A stretch of DNA of 62,331 bases, counting the filler. It is 5 parts of 5 records of this genome, joined end to end, with 100 filler letters (N's around TTAATTAATTAA, not from the genome) between each part and the next. Parts side by side here need not be neighbours in the genome. Positions count along the whole stretch, not along the records: positions 16,307 to 27,033 come from SRR20825010_6189; positions 27,134 to 41,944 come from SRR20825010_6198; 3 more parts are not named here. One strand, written 5' to 3'. The translations under genes were made by a program, and so were the position numbers. Each line of letters opens with the position of its first letter. Positions within the stretch are counted from its first letter, which is position 1. This document shows, piece after piece, positions 20,639-29,667 of this stretch. The notes beneath the pieces are model-generated. The model did not search any database, had not been told where the DNA came from, and saw only the letters and a program-made list of their open reading frames with translations.

Positions 20639-21065
20639 TGGGCTCGACACGCGTGGTGGATTCAGCTGACAAACTGCCGGGGAGTGGAATGAAAAACGAA
20701 TTCCCCACAATCGGATTGTTGCTGTAGTTCGGGTAATCAAGGCGCACGCGCAAACAGGTTGAATCGCCACAGGCAAACGAATTCACCGAGGGAACCACGC
20801 TGTCGCGAAACGAACCAACATAAGCAGGCAGCAAATCCCTTAGCGCATTTTGTGCCAGGTTCTCGTAATCGGCCTGGGCAAAACCACTTCGATACACAGT
20901 GGCTTGTCTGGCCGCTTCGCTGGTGGTGTTGTTCATGATCAACATGGCCCCCAACAACACCGAATACTCGACAATCGCAAAAACGACAGTCAATAAAACT
21001 GGCAGGGTCAAAACCAGTTCAATCAGCAAGGCACCCGCTTGGAGGAATCTTGGTTTGTGGTTCAT
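20628..21065 (-). CDS. TadE/TadF-family pseudopilin
   Basis: QAGALLIE (G|xxxxE prepilin motif), TM helix, 'SEAARQA'. Confidence 0.85.
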   Translation of the reverse strand: MNHKPRFLQAGALLIELVLTLPVLLTVVFAIVEYSVLLGAMLIMNNTTSEAARQATVYRSGFAQADYENLAQNALRDLLPAYVGSFRDSVVPSVNSFACGDSTCLRVRLDYPNYSNNPIVGNSFFIPLPGSLSAESTTRVEPNDG

Positions 21066-21168
21066 GGAATGTCCGATCCCGGGTGCGGGGGCTAATCAAA
21101 AAGGGTTACCCGGAATATTACCTAATAACTTTACCATTCACCAATGTCATTATTACGATAATCGACGT

Positions 21169-21200
21169 AAAAAACGGGGGCCGCCTTTCGACAGCCCCCG
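21169..21200 (-). terminator. Intrinsic terminator of the 21247-21834 gene
   Basis: CGGGGGC...GCCCCCG stem with an A-run at 21169-21174 (U-tract on minus strand). Confidence 0.65.
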
Positions 21201-21246
21201 CTCAAGCACTGCGAGGCAAAACTAAAACTGGTTTGGCTAGTGTGGC

Positions 21247-21834
21247 TTAGTCGTCCCGACCCCGCCCGTGCTTGCCATGGCCGCCACCATGTCCACGGTT
21301 GTCATGTTTCCAGTGTTTGTCGCCGTGGCCACGGGAATCATGGCGGTCATAATCCCGACGATATTCCTTGCGATCGTAATGGCGCTTGTGGTCTCTATCG
21401 CCGTAGTAATGGTGGCGATGATGCCCATCATATCCACCGCGATTCACGTAGGTAACACGGTCACGATAGATGTATCGCTGCTCAATGTAACGCGGGCTGA
21501 AATCGTAGTAATCACGAGACTTCACGAAATACACCGGGCGTGAACATGCGCCGTAACGACCGCAATACCGGCCCCACTTTTTCAGGTGCCCCGGGGGCAC
21601 GTGCAAATACACCGGCGCGAGAATGCGTGATGGACGGGTCACGATCAGTGGCTCGGCATAAACAAGCGCTGGGTAGTAACCGTTGTCAATATTGACGGAG
21701 CCATACACGCCTGGAAGCACTTCCCCGCCCACGCCAATTGAGATGTTCACGGCGCTGGCTTTCGTGGGCACCAAGGCCAAGCTCAACAAAACGGCACAAC
21801 TTGCCGAGAAAATTTTAAGGAATCCGGTTTTCAT
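21247..21834 (-). CDS. Secreted hypothetical protein with His/Arg/Gly/Asp-rich C-terminal tail
   Basis: RBS AAGGAGGA, signal peptide ending ASA, core 'PVYLHVPPGHLKKWGRYCGRYGAC', tail 'HHRHHY...HGGGHGKHGRGRDD'. Confidence 0.8.
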   Translation of the reverse strand: MKTGFLKIFSASCAVLLSLALVPTKASAVNISIGVGGEVLPGVYGSVNIDNGYYPALVYAEPLIVTRPSRILAPVYLHVPPGHLKKWGRYCGRYGACSRPVYFVKSRDYYDFSPRYIEQRYIYRDRVTYVNRGGYDGHHRHHYYGDRDHKRHYDRKEYRRDYDRHDSRGHGDKHWKHDNRGHGGGHGKHGRGRDD

Positions 21835-21856
21835 CACAAATCCTCCTTGCGGTGAT

Positions 21857-21891
21857 GTCAACTAAAACGCAGAGGCCTTCGTTTGGTTGAC
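21857..21891. promoter_or_regulatory. Imperfect inverted repeat; candidate overlapping divergent ECF promoters
   Basis: GTCAAC-N17-CGTT on plus strand and GTCAAC-N16-CGTT on minus strand. Confidence 0.4.
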
Positions 21892-21966
21892 TCGGAATAA
21901 GCAAGCGCACGCGCCTGTTTAACTCTATGATGTACCTTCCCACACACGAGAATGATGGAGAATAAA

Positions 21967-22353
21967 ATGAATAAAACTATGCGCTCAACAGCAATGGCAG
22001 TACTGCTCAGCTTTTCAAGCAGCTTTATTGTTGCCCCGGTTCATGCAGCAATTGTAAGCACCGAAGAAGCGGTAGTAATGCACCAACAACAGGATCGCTC
22101 CGAACTGAAGCAGTTCTTTGACAGGGAAGACATCGCCAAAGCCCTGCAGACACACGGTGTAAGCCCGGAAGTGGCCAAAGCCCGTGTTGATTCCATGACC
22201 GAGGAAGAAGCACAAAAATTGGCCGCTCACATTGACAACGCGCCAGCAGGTGCCGGTATTCTTGGTATATTGTTTACCGTGTTTATTGTTTTGTTGGTAA
22301 CCGACATTCTTGGCTTGACCAAAGTATTTCCGTTTACCCGATCCGTTCGATGA
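21967..22353 (+). CDS. PA2779-family protein
   Basis: RBS GGAG; signal peptide, 'GVSPEVAKARVDSMTEEE', 'PAGAG' then hydrophobic tail 'LLVTDILG...FPF'. Confidence 0.85.
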   Translation: MNKTMRSTAMAVLLSFSSSFIVAPVHAAIVSTEEAVVMHQQQDRSELKQFFDREDIAKALQTHGVSPEVAKARVDSMTEEEAQKLAAHIDNAPAGAGILGILFTVFIVLLVTDILGLTKVFPFTRSVR

Positions 22354-23303
22354 AATTAAATTTTTCTAGTGCTGCCTGGACCCGCCTGGCGGGTTCAGCT
22401 GTGCTTGTAGGGCTGTTGGCAGGCTGTTCACTGCTGCCAACAGTCCCGCAAGACCTTCAAAGTACAGTCCAGACCCAACCATCCGTAGAACTGAAGAATG
22501 TGCCGTTTTTCGCACAGGAAGAGTATTACTGCGGCCCGTCAACTTTGGCCATGGTGTTGAACCACCAGGGCGAAAGCACTGAACCCGATCAACTTGCAAA
22601 GCTGGTTTATTTGCCAGGTCGCCAAGGTAGCCTGCAGCTGGAAATGCTTGCTGCACCGCGCCGCATGGGCTATTTGACCTACCAGATCGACCCGCGACTG
22701 CCCGCTTTATTCGAGGCATTGAATGCAGGATCGCCTGTAGTGGTGCTGCTGAATCTTTCATTGCAAATTGCACCACAGTGGCACTACGCCGTGGTGGTTG
22801 GTTACGATACAAAGACCAACAACATGATTTTGCGCTCAGGCCCCAAAGAACGTGACTTGATCCCGGTGGCAACATTCCTCAAGTTGTGGGAACGTGCCGA
22901 AAACTGGGGGTTCACGGTCATCAAACCCAATCAGGACCCACCGATTTACGTCAATGCCCAGGGTTATCTGAATTCCGCCGTGGCGCTAGAGCGTTCCAGC
23001 AAGGAAAAAGCCGCAATTGCCTACCAGCAAGGTGCAAAAACCTGGCCAAAAGAACCCTGGTTTCATTTCGGCTTGGGCAACCTGGCCTATGGCGAGAAAA
23101 ACTACGCCGAGGCCGAACAAAATTACCGCAAGGCAGTAGGCGTATATCCCGACATGGCAGATGCCTGGAACAACCTGGCAGAAGCCCTGATCAAGCTTGA
23201 GCGAAAAAGTGAAGCGCGGGCCGCCATCAACAAAGCCATTGCAATTGGTGGCAACAGGGTGGCCGCGTACAAGGAAACAGCACTGAAAATTCAGGCGGAT
23301 TAA
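22350..23303 (+). CDS. PA2778-family C39-like cysteine peptidase lipoprotein with C-terminal TPR
   Basis: Lipobox LAGC, VPFFAQEEYYCGP, WHYAVVVGYD, TPR 'AWNNLAEAL'; ATGA overlap with upstream gene. Confidence 0.88.
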   Translation: MKLNFSSAAWTRLAGSAVLVGLLAGCSLLPTVPQDLQSTVQTQPSVELKNVPFFAQEEYYCGPSTLAMVLNHQGESTEPDQLAKLVYLPGRQGSLQLEMLAAPRRMGYLTYQIDPRLPALFEALNAGSPVVVLLNLSLQIAPQWHYAVVVGYDTKTNNMILRSGPKERDLIPVATFLKLWERAENWGFTVIKPNQDPPIYVNAQGYLNSAVALERSSKEKAAIAYQQGAKTWPKEPWFHFGLGNLAYGEKNYAEAEQNYRKAVGVYPDMADAWNNLAEALIKLERKSEARAAINKAIAIGGNRVAAYKETALKIQAD

Positions 23304-23563
23304 TGCATCTTGACTGGGCCCAGGCGCTGGGCTTTTTGGCCGCCGTGTTGACCACTTTTTCGTTTGTTCCGCAGGTGGTTTATTGCTGGAAAACACGCGA
23401 CACCCGAAGCATTTCTTTGGGCATGTACGCGTGTTTTTGCCTGGGTGTACTGCTGTGGCTTGTATACGGCTTGCTGGTTGAACAGTGGCCGGTGGTGTTT
23501 GCCAATGCAATTACCTTGATGCTGGCTTCATCCATTCTTTACCTGAAACTGAATCAACAATGA
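23303..23563 (+). CDS. SemiSWEET (MtN3/PQ-loop) transporter
   Basis: 86 aa, three TM helices, 'FVPQV', 'ISLGMY', 'WLVYG', 'ANAIT'. Confidence 0.88.
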   Translation: MHLDWAQALGFLAAVLTTFSFVPQVVYCWKTRDTRSISLGMYACFCLGVLLWLVYGLLVEQWPVVFANAITLMLASSILYLKLNQQ

Positions 23564-24291
23564 TCAAAGCCGTTCTGACCGGACACAGCAAAGGGTTGGG
23601 CCTTGGAATTGCTCAAAGTTTATTGGGCAAAGGCCACCCGGTTCTGGGGCTTGCAAGAACCATCAACGACGAACTTCAACAGCAATTCCCGTCTCTTTTA
23701 CAGCAGGTCGCCATTGATTTGTCTGAAAACAGTGCCCTTGAACACTGGGCAAACGGTTCGCAGCTGCAAGAATTCATTGAAAACGCAACACTTTTGCTGT
23801 TAATTAACAATGCAGGTCTGGTCACTCCGATTGGTCCTTTGCATGCTCAAAATCCGCTTGAAATTGCCCGCAGCGTGCAACTGAATGTGACCGCGCCCAT
23901 GGTGCTGAGCGCAATGGTGGCCCAACGGCTAAAAAACGGGCAGGAACTGCGTGTGCTGCATGTATCAAGCGGTGCTGGCCGCCACCCCTACCCTGGCTGG
24001 AGCGTGTACAGCGCCACCAAAGCCGCCCTGGATATGCATGCCCAAACCGTGAAACTGGATGGCCAGGCCAATGTGCGTATTTGCAGCCTTGCACCCGGCG
24101 TGATCGACACTGGCATACAAGCGCAAATTCGGGAAACGGACGTGAAGCTGTTCCCCAACAAACAGCGATTCATTGACCTGAACAATGCGGGCGCACTGAC
24201 CAGCCCGCAACACACCGGCGAGCGCTTGGTCAACTACGTGCTGGCCCCAGGGTTTGGACAAGTTGCGGTAGACGACCTGCGCTCAAACTAA
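23560..24291 (+). CDS. Short-chain dehydrogenase/reductase (benzil/sepiapterin reductase-like)
   Basis: TGHSKGLG, INNAG, SSGAG, YSATK; ATGA overlap with the SemiSWEET stop. Confidence 0.88.
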   Translation: MIKAVLTGHSKGLGLGIAQSLLGKGHPVLGLARTINDELQQQFPSLLQQVAIDLSENSALEHWANGSQLQEFIENATLLLLINNAGLVTPIGPLHAQNPLEIARSVQLNVTAPMVLSAMVAQRLKNGQELRVLHVSSGAGRHPYPGWSVYSATKAALDMHAQTVKLDGQANVRICSLAPGVIDTGIQAQIRETDVKLFPNKQRFIDLNNAGALTSPQHTGERLVNYVLAPGFGQVAVDDLRSN

Positions 24292-24298
24292 GCCGGGT

Positions 24299-25603
24299 TC
24301 AATGCAGTTTCACCAAAGGTGTGGCTCGTTTCAACAGAAAACGCGCCATGGCCAACAGGAAGGTTTTCATTCCCCCCAACACGGCATAGTGGTGCATCAG
24401 GTGCAAACTGGCGTACATGGTTCGCGCGAAAAAACCTTCCACAAACATGCTGCTGGCCCTGAACAGCCCTCCCATCAAACTACCCACCGAACTGCGCGAT
24501 CCCAATGACACCAAAGAACCGTGGTCTTTGTACAGATAAGGTTTTTCCAGGCTCACCTTGCCGCGTTCATGATTCAGCATGGCCTTGTAAATATAATCGG
24601 CCTGCTGGTGGGCCGATTGGGCGCGGGGTGGCACCATGCTGCCGTCGGGTTGCAGGCACGCGGCGCAATCGCCCAACGAAAAAATATCCGCATGCCCTTT
24701 CACCCGAAGGTCGCCCTGCACTTCCAGTTGATTGTTTTTGTTCACGGGTAGCCCCAGTTCAGCCAGCCAAGCGGGTGCCTTGATTCCAGCCGCCCACACA
24801 CACAGGTCTGCCTTGTACTGGTTGCCATTGGCATCCAGCACCTGTTTGGGCGAAATTTCAACCACCCTGCAATTGTTCACCACCTTGATGAAGCGCTGCT
24901 CGAGCAAACGCAGAGCCGCACCAGAAACACTTTCGGGCAACACCGGCAAAATGCTGGGCGCGCCTTCCAGAATCGTGATGGTCACATCCTTCGAGGCATC
25001 GATTCGGCTAAACCCGTAACGGCTGTGCACATGGCTTGCCTCGCGCAGTTCCGCAGCCAACTCCACCCCGGTGGCACCCGCACCGATAATCACAATGTCC
25101 AGGCTGGCTGTTGGATCAGCTTTCTTGCGCAGGTCAAGCGTGGCCAGTTGCTTAAGCATTTTCAGGCGAAAATTCTCGGCCTGTTGCGGGCCATCCAGGG
25201 AAATTGTGAATTCCTGTGCACCCTTCACACCAAAATAATTGGACTGGCTACCGACGGAAATCACAAGCGTTCCAAACTGCAACAGGCGCTTGGGCAACAC
25301 TTCGTCGCCGGCATCGTCCAGCACAGCAGCAATAGTGACAGCCTTGCCCGCAGCGTCCAGACCCTCCATCGCACCCAGCACAAAATTGAAACCGTTGTTG
25401 TGGGCCAGCATCGGGTAAGAAAGTCCTTCCTGATGAATGTCCAGCGTGCCGGCCGCCACTTCATGCAGGGAGGGTTTCCAGATGTGGTACATCTTTGAAT
25501 CCACAAGGGTAATGCGGTCAGGGCCAAACTTGCGACCCAACTTGCAGGCCAACTCGAGCCCACCTGCACCACCACCCACAATCAAGACTGAGGAAAGATC
25601 CAA
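24299..25603 (-). CDS. ndh: Type II NADH dehydrogenase (FAD-dependent)
   Basis: IVGGGAGGLELA, HIWKPSLHEVAAG, GAGATGVELAAEL, PPRAQSAHQQA, C-terminal KLH; probable TTG start after GGGAG. Confidence 0.88.
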   Translation of the reverse strand: MDLSSVLIVGGGAGGLELACKLGRKFGPDRITLVDSKMYHIWKPSLHEVAAGTLDIHQEGLSYPMLAHNNGFNFVLGAMEGLDAAGKAVTIAAVLDDAGDEVLPKRLLQFGTLVISVGSQSNYFGVKGAQEFTISLDGPQQAENFRLKMLKQLATLDLRKKADPTASLDIVIIGAGATGVELAAELREASHVHSRYGFSRIDASKDVTITILEGAPSILPVLPESVSGAALRLLEQRFIKVVNNCRVVEISPKQVLDANGNQYKADLCVWAAGIKAPAWLAELGLPVNKNNQLEVQGDLRVKGHADIFSLGDCAACLQPDGSMVPPRAQSAHQQADYIYKAMLNHERGKVSLEKPYLYKDHGSLVSLGSRSSVGSLMGGLFRASSMFVEGFFARTMYASLHLMHHYAVLGGMKTFLLAMARFLLKRATPLVKLH

Positions 25604-25687
25604 AACTTTGCTCCCGAAAATAGAAAACGGTGATCCATCATCACCTGAAGTTTGATTCACAGCAAATTTCATTCCGGTCACGAAAAA

Positions 25688-25703
25688 GTATGAACGTTCA
25701 TTC
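25688..25703. promoter_or_regulatory. Palindromic TetR-type operator candidate upstream of the efflux operon
   Basis: Perfect 12-bp palindrome ATGAACGTTCAT (25690-25701) upstream of TATAAT at 25716-25721. Confidence 0.5.
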
Positions 25704-25786
25704 AGCATTCTTGTCTATAATTTATCCGTCGCGCCCGTCGCGCGCTTCACCACTGTTCCTGCATCAATCAAATTTGGGGTAGTACC

Positions 25787-26947
25787 ATGATTTTCCGAAG
25801 AAAAATGGCGTTCAACATCGGCGCCCTGTTGACTGTTGGCACGCTGACCCTGGCCGGTTGCGGCAACCGGGAAGGCGACGCCAAAGCAGCAGCAACGCCC
25901 AGTGCACCCAAAGTTCGCGTGTTTGAAGTTCAAGCAAAGCCTGTTTCGCTGTACACCGAGCTGCCGGGGCGAACCAGCCCTTTCCTGATTGCCGAGGTGC
26001 GCCCCCAGGTCAATGGCATCATCAAAACCCGCCAGTTCAAGGAAGGGGGTGACGTAAAAGCGGGCACATCGCTGTACCAGATTGATGCATCCACTTATCA
26101 GGCCGAATACGCCAGCGCCAAGGCAGCGCTTGAAAAAGCACAGGCCAACCTGACCAGCGCCAAAATTCGCAACGACCGCTTTCAGGAACTGGCAAAAATG
26201 AATGCCGTCAGCCAACAGGAACGCGACGATGCCTATGCAACACTGAAGTTGGCCGAAGCGGATGTCGCTTCCGGAAAAGCAGCCCTTCAAAGCGCACAAA
26301 TCAACCTGACCTACACCCGGGTTACGGCACCAATCAGTGGGCGGATCGGACGCTCCAGTGTTACCCCTGGCGCACTGGTGCAGCAAGGCCAAGCCAATGC
26401 CATGGCCACCATTCAGCAGCTGGATCCTATTTATGTCGACCTGACTCAATCCACCACTGAACTGCTGCAATTGAAACGCGATCTTGAAAGCGGTGTGCTG
26501 AAAAGTGCAGGCAAAAACGCCGCCAAAGTAACCCTGAAACTGGAAGATGGATCGGACTACGAACAAGAGGGCAAGCTGCAGTTCAGCGACGTGACCGTGG
26601 ATCAAAACACCGGCACGGTCACCTTGCGCGCCGTGTTTCCAAACCCGAAACAACAACTGTTGCCCGGCATGTACGTGCGTGCATCACTTGAAGAAGGCGT
26701 GCGCGAAAACGGCATTCTGGTGCCACAGAAAGGCATCATGCGCGATGCCACCGGCGAGCCCTCAGCGCTTGTGCTGAACAGCGACAGCAAAGTCGAAAAA
26801 CGCAGTGTAAAAACTGCCCGTGCAATCGGCGACCAATGGTTGATTGCCGAAGGTCTTCAAACGGGTGACCGCGTGATTGTTGAAGGCGTGCAGAAAGTTC
26901 GCCCCGGCCAAACAGCCGAAATCGTTTCCGACACCGAGAAGCAATAA
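25787..26947 (+). CDS. acrA: RND efflux periplasmic adaptor (AcrA/MexA), lipoprotein
   Basis: Lipobox LAGC, ELPGRT, AEVRPQVNGII, APISGRIG, LLPGMYV. Confidence 0.92.
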   Translation: MIFRRKMAFNIGALLTVGTLTLAGCGNREGDAKAAATPSAPKVRVFEVQAKPVSLYTELPGRTSPFLIAEVRPQVNGIIKTRQFKEGGDVKAGTSLYQIDASTYQAEYASAKAALEKAQANLTSAKIRNDRFQELAKMNAVSQQERDDAYATLKLAEADVASGKAALQSAQINLTYTRVTAPISGRIGRSSVTPGALVQQGQANAMATIQQLDPIYVDLTQSTTELLQLKRDLESGVLKSAGKNAAKVTLKLEDGSDYEQEGKLQFSDVTVDQNTGTVTLRAVFPNPKQQLLPGMYVRASLEEGVRENGILVPQKGIMRDATGEPSALVLNSDSKVEKRSVKTARAIGDQWLIAEGLQTGDRVIVEGVQKVRPGQTAEIVSDTEKQ

Positions 26948-26971
26948 ACACGGCCAAGCAGGAGTAGTACG

Positions 26972-27033
26972 ATGTCCAGATTCTTCATTGACCGCCCCAT
27001 TTTTGCGTGGGTGATCGCCATTGTGATCATGCT
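26972..27033 (+). CDS. acrB: RND efflux permease AcrB/MexB, N-terminal fragment (3' truncated)
   Basis: RBS GGAG; MSRFFIDRPIFAWVIAIVIM. Confidence 0.88.
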
Positions 27034-27133
27034 NNNNNNNNNNNNNNNNNNNNNNNNNNNNNNNNNNNNNNNNNNNNTTAATTAATTAANNNNNNNNNNN
27101 NNNNNNNNNNNNNNNNNNNNNNNNNNNNNNNNN
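27034..27133. other. Artificial contig spacer
   Basis: N44-TTAATTAATTAA-N44. Confidence 0.98.
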
Positions 27134-27199
27134 TAGACACGCCAGATTTAGGTTCTGGTGCCGAGAGGTGTGAAGGTTCAAGTCCTTCCTGGCGCACCA
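27134..27199 (+). tRNA. tRNA-Leu (anticodon TAG), 5' truncated
   Basis: Anticodon stem CCAGA/TCTGG with loop TTTAGGT, long variable arm, T-loop GGTTCAAGTCC, ends ACCA. Confidence 0.92.
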
Positions 27200-27207
27200 T
27201 CACAAAG

Positions 27208-27240
27208 AAAGGCCGCAACAGTTTCCTGTTGCGGCCTTTT
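27208..27240. terminator. Bidirectional intrinsic terminator
   Basis: AAAGGCCGCAACAG / CTGTTGCGGCCTTT perfect IR between the tRNA and the convergent receptor gene. Confidence 0.85.
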
Positions 27241-27338
27241 GCGTTTTCTCCTCCTGAAAAGTCACGAGCGCCTTTCAGTAGCACTGCAGCGGCCCCACCA
27301 CCGGTGTGGCCAGCCGCTGGGTGTTCGGTGCACAAGCA

Positions 27339-29570
27339 CTAGAAGTTGTAGCGAACATCCATGTTGATGGAGCGGCCCGGTTCCAGCAGGGGTTCCACGG
27401 TGGCGAATTCCTGGCCATAGCTGGCGCGCTCGGTGTATTCCTCGTTGTTCAGGTTGTCCACGGACAGGCGCAGAGACAGGGCATCGATGGGGGTGTAGTT
27501 CACGTATACATCGACCACGGTGTAGCTGTCCTGTTTTTCCCCAAGGCCACGGGACTCCAGATCGTCATTTTCCAGGGCGATTTCCGTGGTCAGGCCCAGG
27601 GCCCATTGTGTGTTCGGCCAGTAGAGTTCGCCGCTAATGGCCACCTGTTCACCCAGCGGCACCGTGAAATAGTTGCCGTCGTAAGAAGTGGCGAATTCGT
27701 CATCCATTTTGGATTCGATATCGGCATAGGTGACTGCCAGTCGGCCCAGGTCGGCACGGTAACCAACAGTGGTGTCGAAGCCGTTGATATCAAAGTCCGA
27801 GAACAGGTCCGGGCCACCACCATAGGTAGGAACGCGGGCATCGCGCAGGCCGGTTTCAAACTGATTCGCCTCGACGAAGAAACCGTTCCAGTTAGCCTTG
27901 AACCCTACGGTGTGGTTGTGAGACTGCACCGGTTTCATGTCGTTATAGACCCAGGCGCCGTTGAGAATAAAGTTTTCGGCCAGCGCAGTGCCGCCCCAGA
28001 CATCGGCGTAACCGGCATTGATGGCAAAGTGTTCGTTGAAATGAAATTCGGCGAAGACGTTGCTGCTGGTGCCTTCGTCTTCATGGCTGGAATCATCGGT
28101 GCCGGTGAAATCCTGCTGGTCATGGCGCAGGCCGTAGGACAGGTCCAGGCGCTGGAACAAGGTCTGGCGAAACTGCACGAAAACACCGGTATTTTCTGCC
28201 TGCTCTTCCAGGTCCGGGTCTCCTGCGAACTGGAATACGGCGCTGTCATCGTAGTAGTCCATGCCGGCAGTGATATCCACGAAACCGGTGTGGAAGGTGT
28301 TTTTGGCGGTGGCCGAGACGCTTTCGGTGATGCCGGTGTATTCCACGGTGGTGTTGGGGGCGGCCAGCGGATTTTCGCTGGTGACCAGCTCGGTCTCGTT
28401 GTGGGCGAGGGTCACTTCCGGGTTCCATAGCCCGCTGCCTTTCAAGCGGCTGTAACCGAGCACGGTGTTCTGGCGGGTCAGGTCATAGTTACGGGAAGCC
28501 GGCACAGGGCGTCCTGCGTTAAGGCCGGAAAAGTTGGCTCGATAAGGGCGTTCTGCATCGTCGTTGACCACTTCGTGGCTCAGCTCGATTCGACCGATAT
28601 CAGCATTGTCGTAGGCCAGCTTGGCCAGGCCACTAAGCAGCCCGGGCTCGGTGTAGGGCACGTTATCGCCATTGGCGTCTTCGTAGTGATTGCCTTCTAC
28701 CTGCTTTACATAGCCCAGCGCTTCGAAGCCGTTACTGCGACCGAACAGGGAACCGGCAGTGGTGACAGCATCGCCATTGGAGGCATAGCGGCCGTTCAGG
28801 AAGCCGCCCAGGTTATCACCGGGGGCGAGCATATCTGCCACATCCACGGTTTCGTATTTTAGCGCACCGCCCAGTGCACCGGGGCCGTCATCGGCAGAGG
28901 CCACCCCGGCGGCGGCACTGGCGGACTTCAGAAGAGAAGGATCGATCAGGTTGGTGGCGTTGTGGTGGAACACCTTGTTGTTCTGCCGGGCGCCATCCAC
29001 GGTAACCAGCATGGCGGTTTCTTCCACGCCGCGCACATAGACCTTTTCGTTGACCGGTATGGAGCCGCCTACAGACACGGAAGCTTCGTTCTTGAACAGG
29101 TCCTTGGTGTCCTGGGGTTGCACCCGCGCAATATCGCTGTGGTCATAGCTGACGATGTTTTGCAGATTGTCGCCGCGGGCGGCGTTGACTTTGACGGGCT
29201 CCAGGGTGGATACGCTGGAGCTGGCCTTGGCCAGGGAAAAAGAACCATCTGCCTGTGCGTTTGCCACCAGGCCTGTGCCGGCGAGGATCTGGCTCAGGCC
29301 CTGTGCCGGGGTGTAGCTGCCTTGCAGGCCCAGGCTCTGTTTGCCCGCGGCAAGCTGCATATCACCGGCAATCAGGGTGCCGGAGGCGGTGGCAAAACGA
29401 GCCAGCACCGCGTTGAGCGGCCCGGCCGCGATGTTGTATTGCTGCTGGCCGGTTTCTGCCTGGGCAGAGAGAGGCAAGGTCAGGGCGAGAGGGAAGGTCA
29501 GGCCCATGGCAAGGCGCAGTGTCATTGCTCGCAATGCGGGGCGGGCAGGTTGGTAACGGCTCACGGTCAC
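27339..29570 (-). CDS. TonB-dependent iron receptor/transducer with N-terminal STN signalling domain
   Basis: 'YNIAAGPLNAVLARFA' STN domain, plug 'VYVRGVE...VTVDGARQ', C-terminal YNF; downstream of fecI/fecR; start GTG 29570 or 29564. Confidence 0.92.
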   Translation of the reverse strand: MTVSRYQPARPALRAMTLRLAMGLTFPLALTLPLSAQAETGQQQYNIAAGPLNAVLARFATASGTLIAGDMQLAAGKQSLGLQGSYTPAQGLSQILAGTGLVANAQADGSFSLAKASSSVSTLEPVKVNAARGDNLQNIVSYDHSDIARVQPQDTKDLFKNEASVSVGGSIPVNEKVYVRGVEETAMLVTVDGARQNNKVFHHNATNLIDPSLLKSASAAAGVASADDGPGALGGALKYETVDVADMLAPGDNLGGFLNGRYASNGDAVTTAGSLFGRSNGFEALGYVKQVEGNHYEDANGDNVPYTEPGLLSGLAKLAYDNADIGRIELSHEVVNDDAERPYRANFSGLNAGRPVPASRNYDLTRQNTVLGYSRLKGSGLWNPEVTLAHNETELVTSENPLAAPNTTVEYTGITESVSATAKNTFHTGFVDITAGMDYYDDSAVFQFAGDPDLEEQAENTGVFVQFRQTLFQRLDLSYGLRHDQQDFTGTDDSSHEDEGTSSNVFAEFHFNEHFAINAGYADVWGGTALAENFILNGAWVYNDMKPVQSHNHTVGFKANWNGFFVEANQFETGLRDARVPTYGGGPDLFSDFDINGFDTTVGYRADLGRLAVTYADIESKMDDEFATSYDGNYFTVPLGEQVAISGELYWPNTQWALGLTTEIALENDDLESRGLGEKQDSYTVVDVYVNYTPIDALSLRLSVDNLNNEEYTERASYGQEFATVEPLLEPGRSINMDVRYNF

Positions 29571-29667
29571 TCCAGTATTATCAGGATTGTGGTGCCCCTT
29601 TCTGTCGGGACTTACTGATATATCGAATAGCGCGCTGCAAAGCGGAAAAATTTTTTCGTTTTTTTGA

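Noticed and set aside
20639-20776. N-terminal extension of the 589-aa ORF
   Set aside because: Lies inside tadE in another frame; the pilin-like start at 20638/20635 is more plausible
25715-26656. 313-aa minus-strand ORF
   Set aside because: Antisense shadow of acrA with no recognisable motifs
27306-28430. 374-aa plus-strand ORF
   Set aside because: Antisense shadow of the TonB receptor, expected from codon bias in GC-rich DNA
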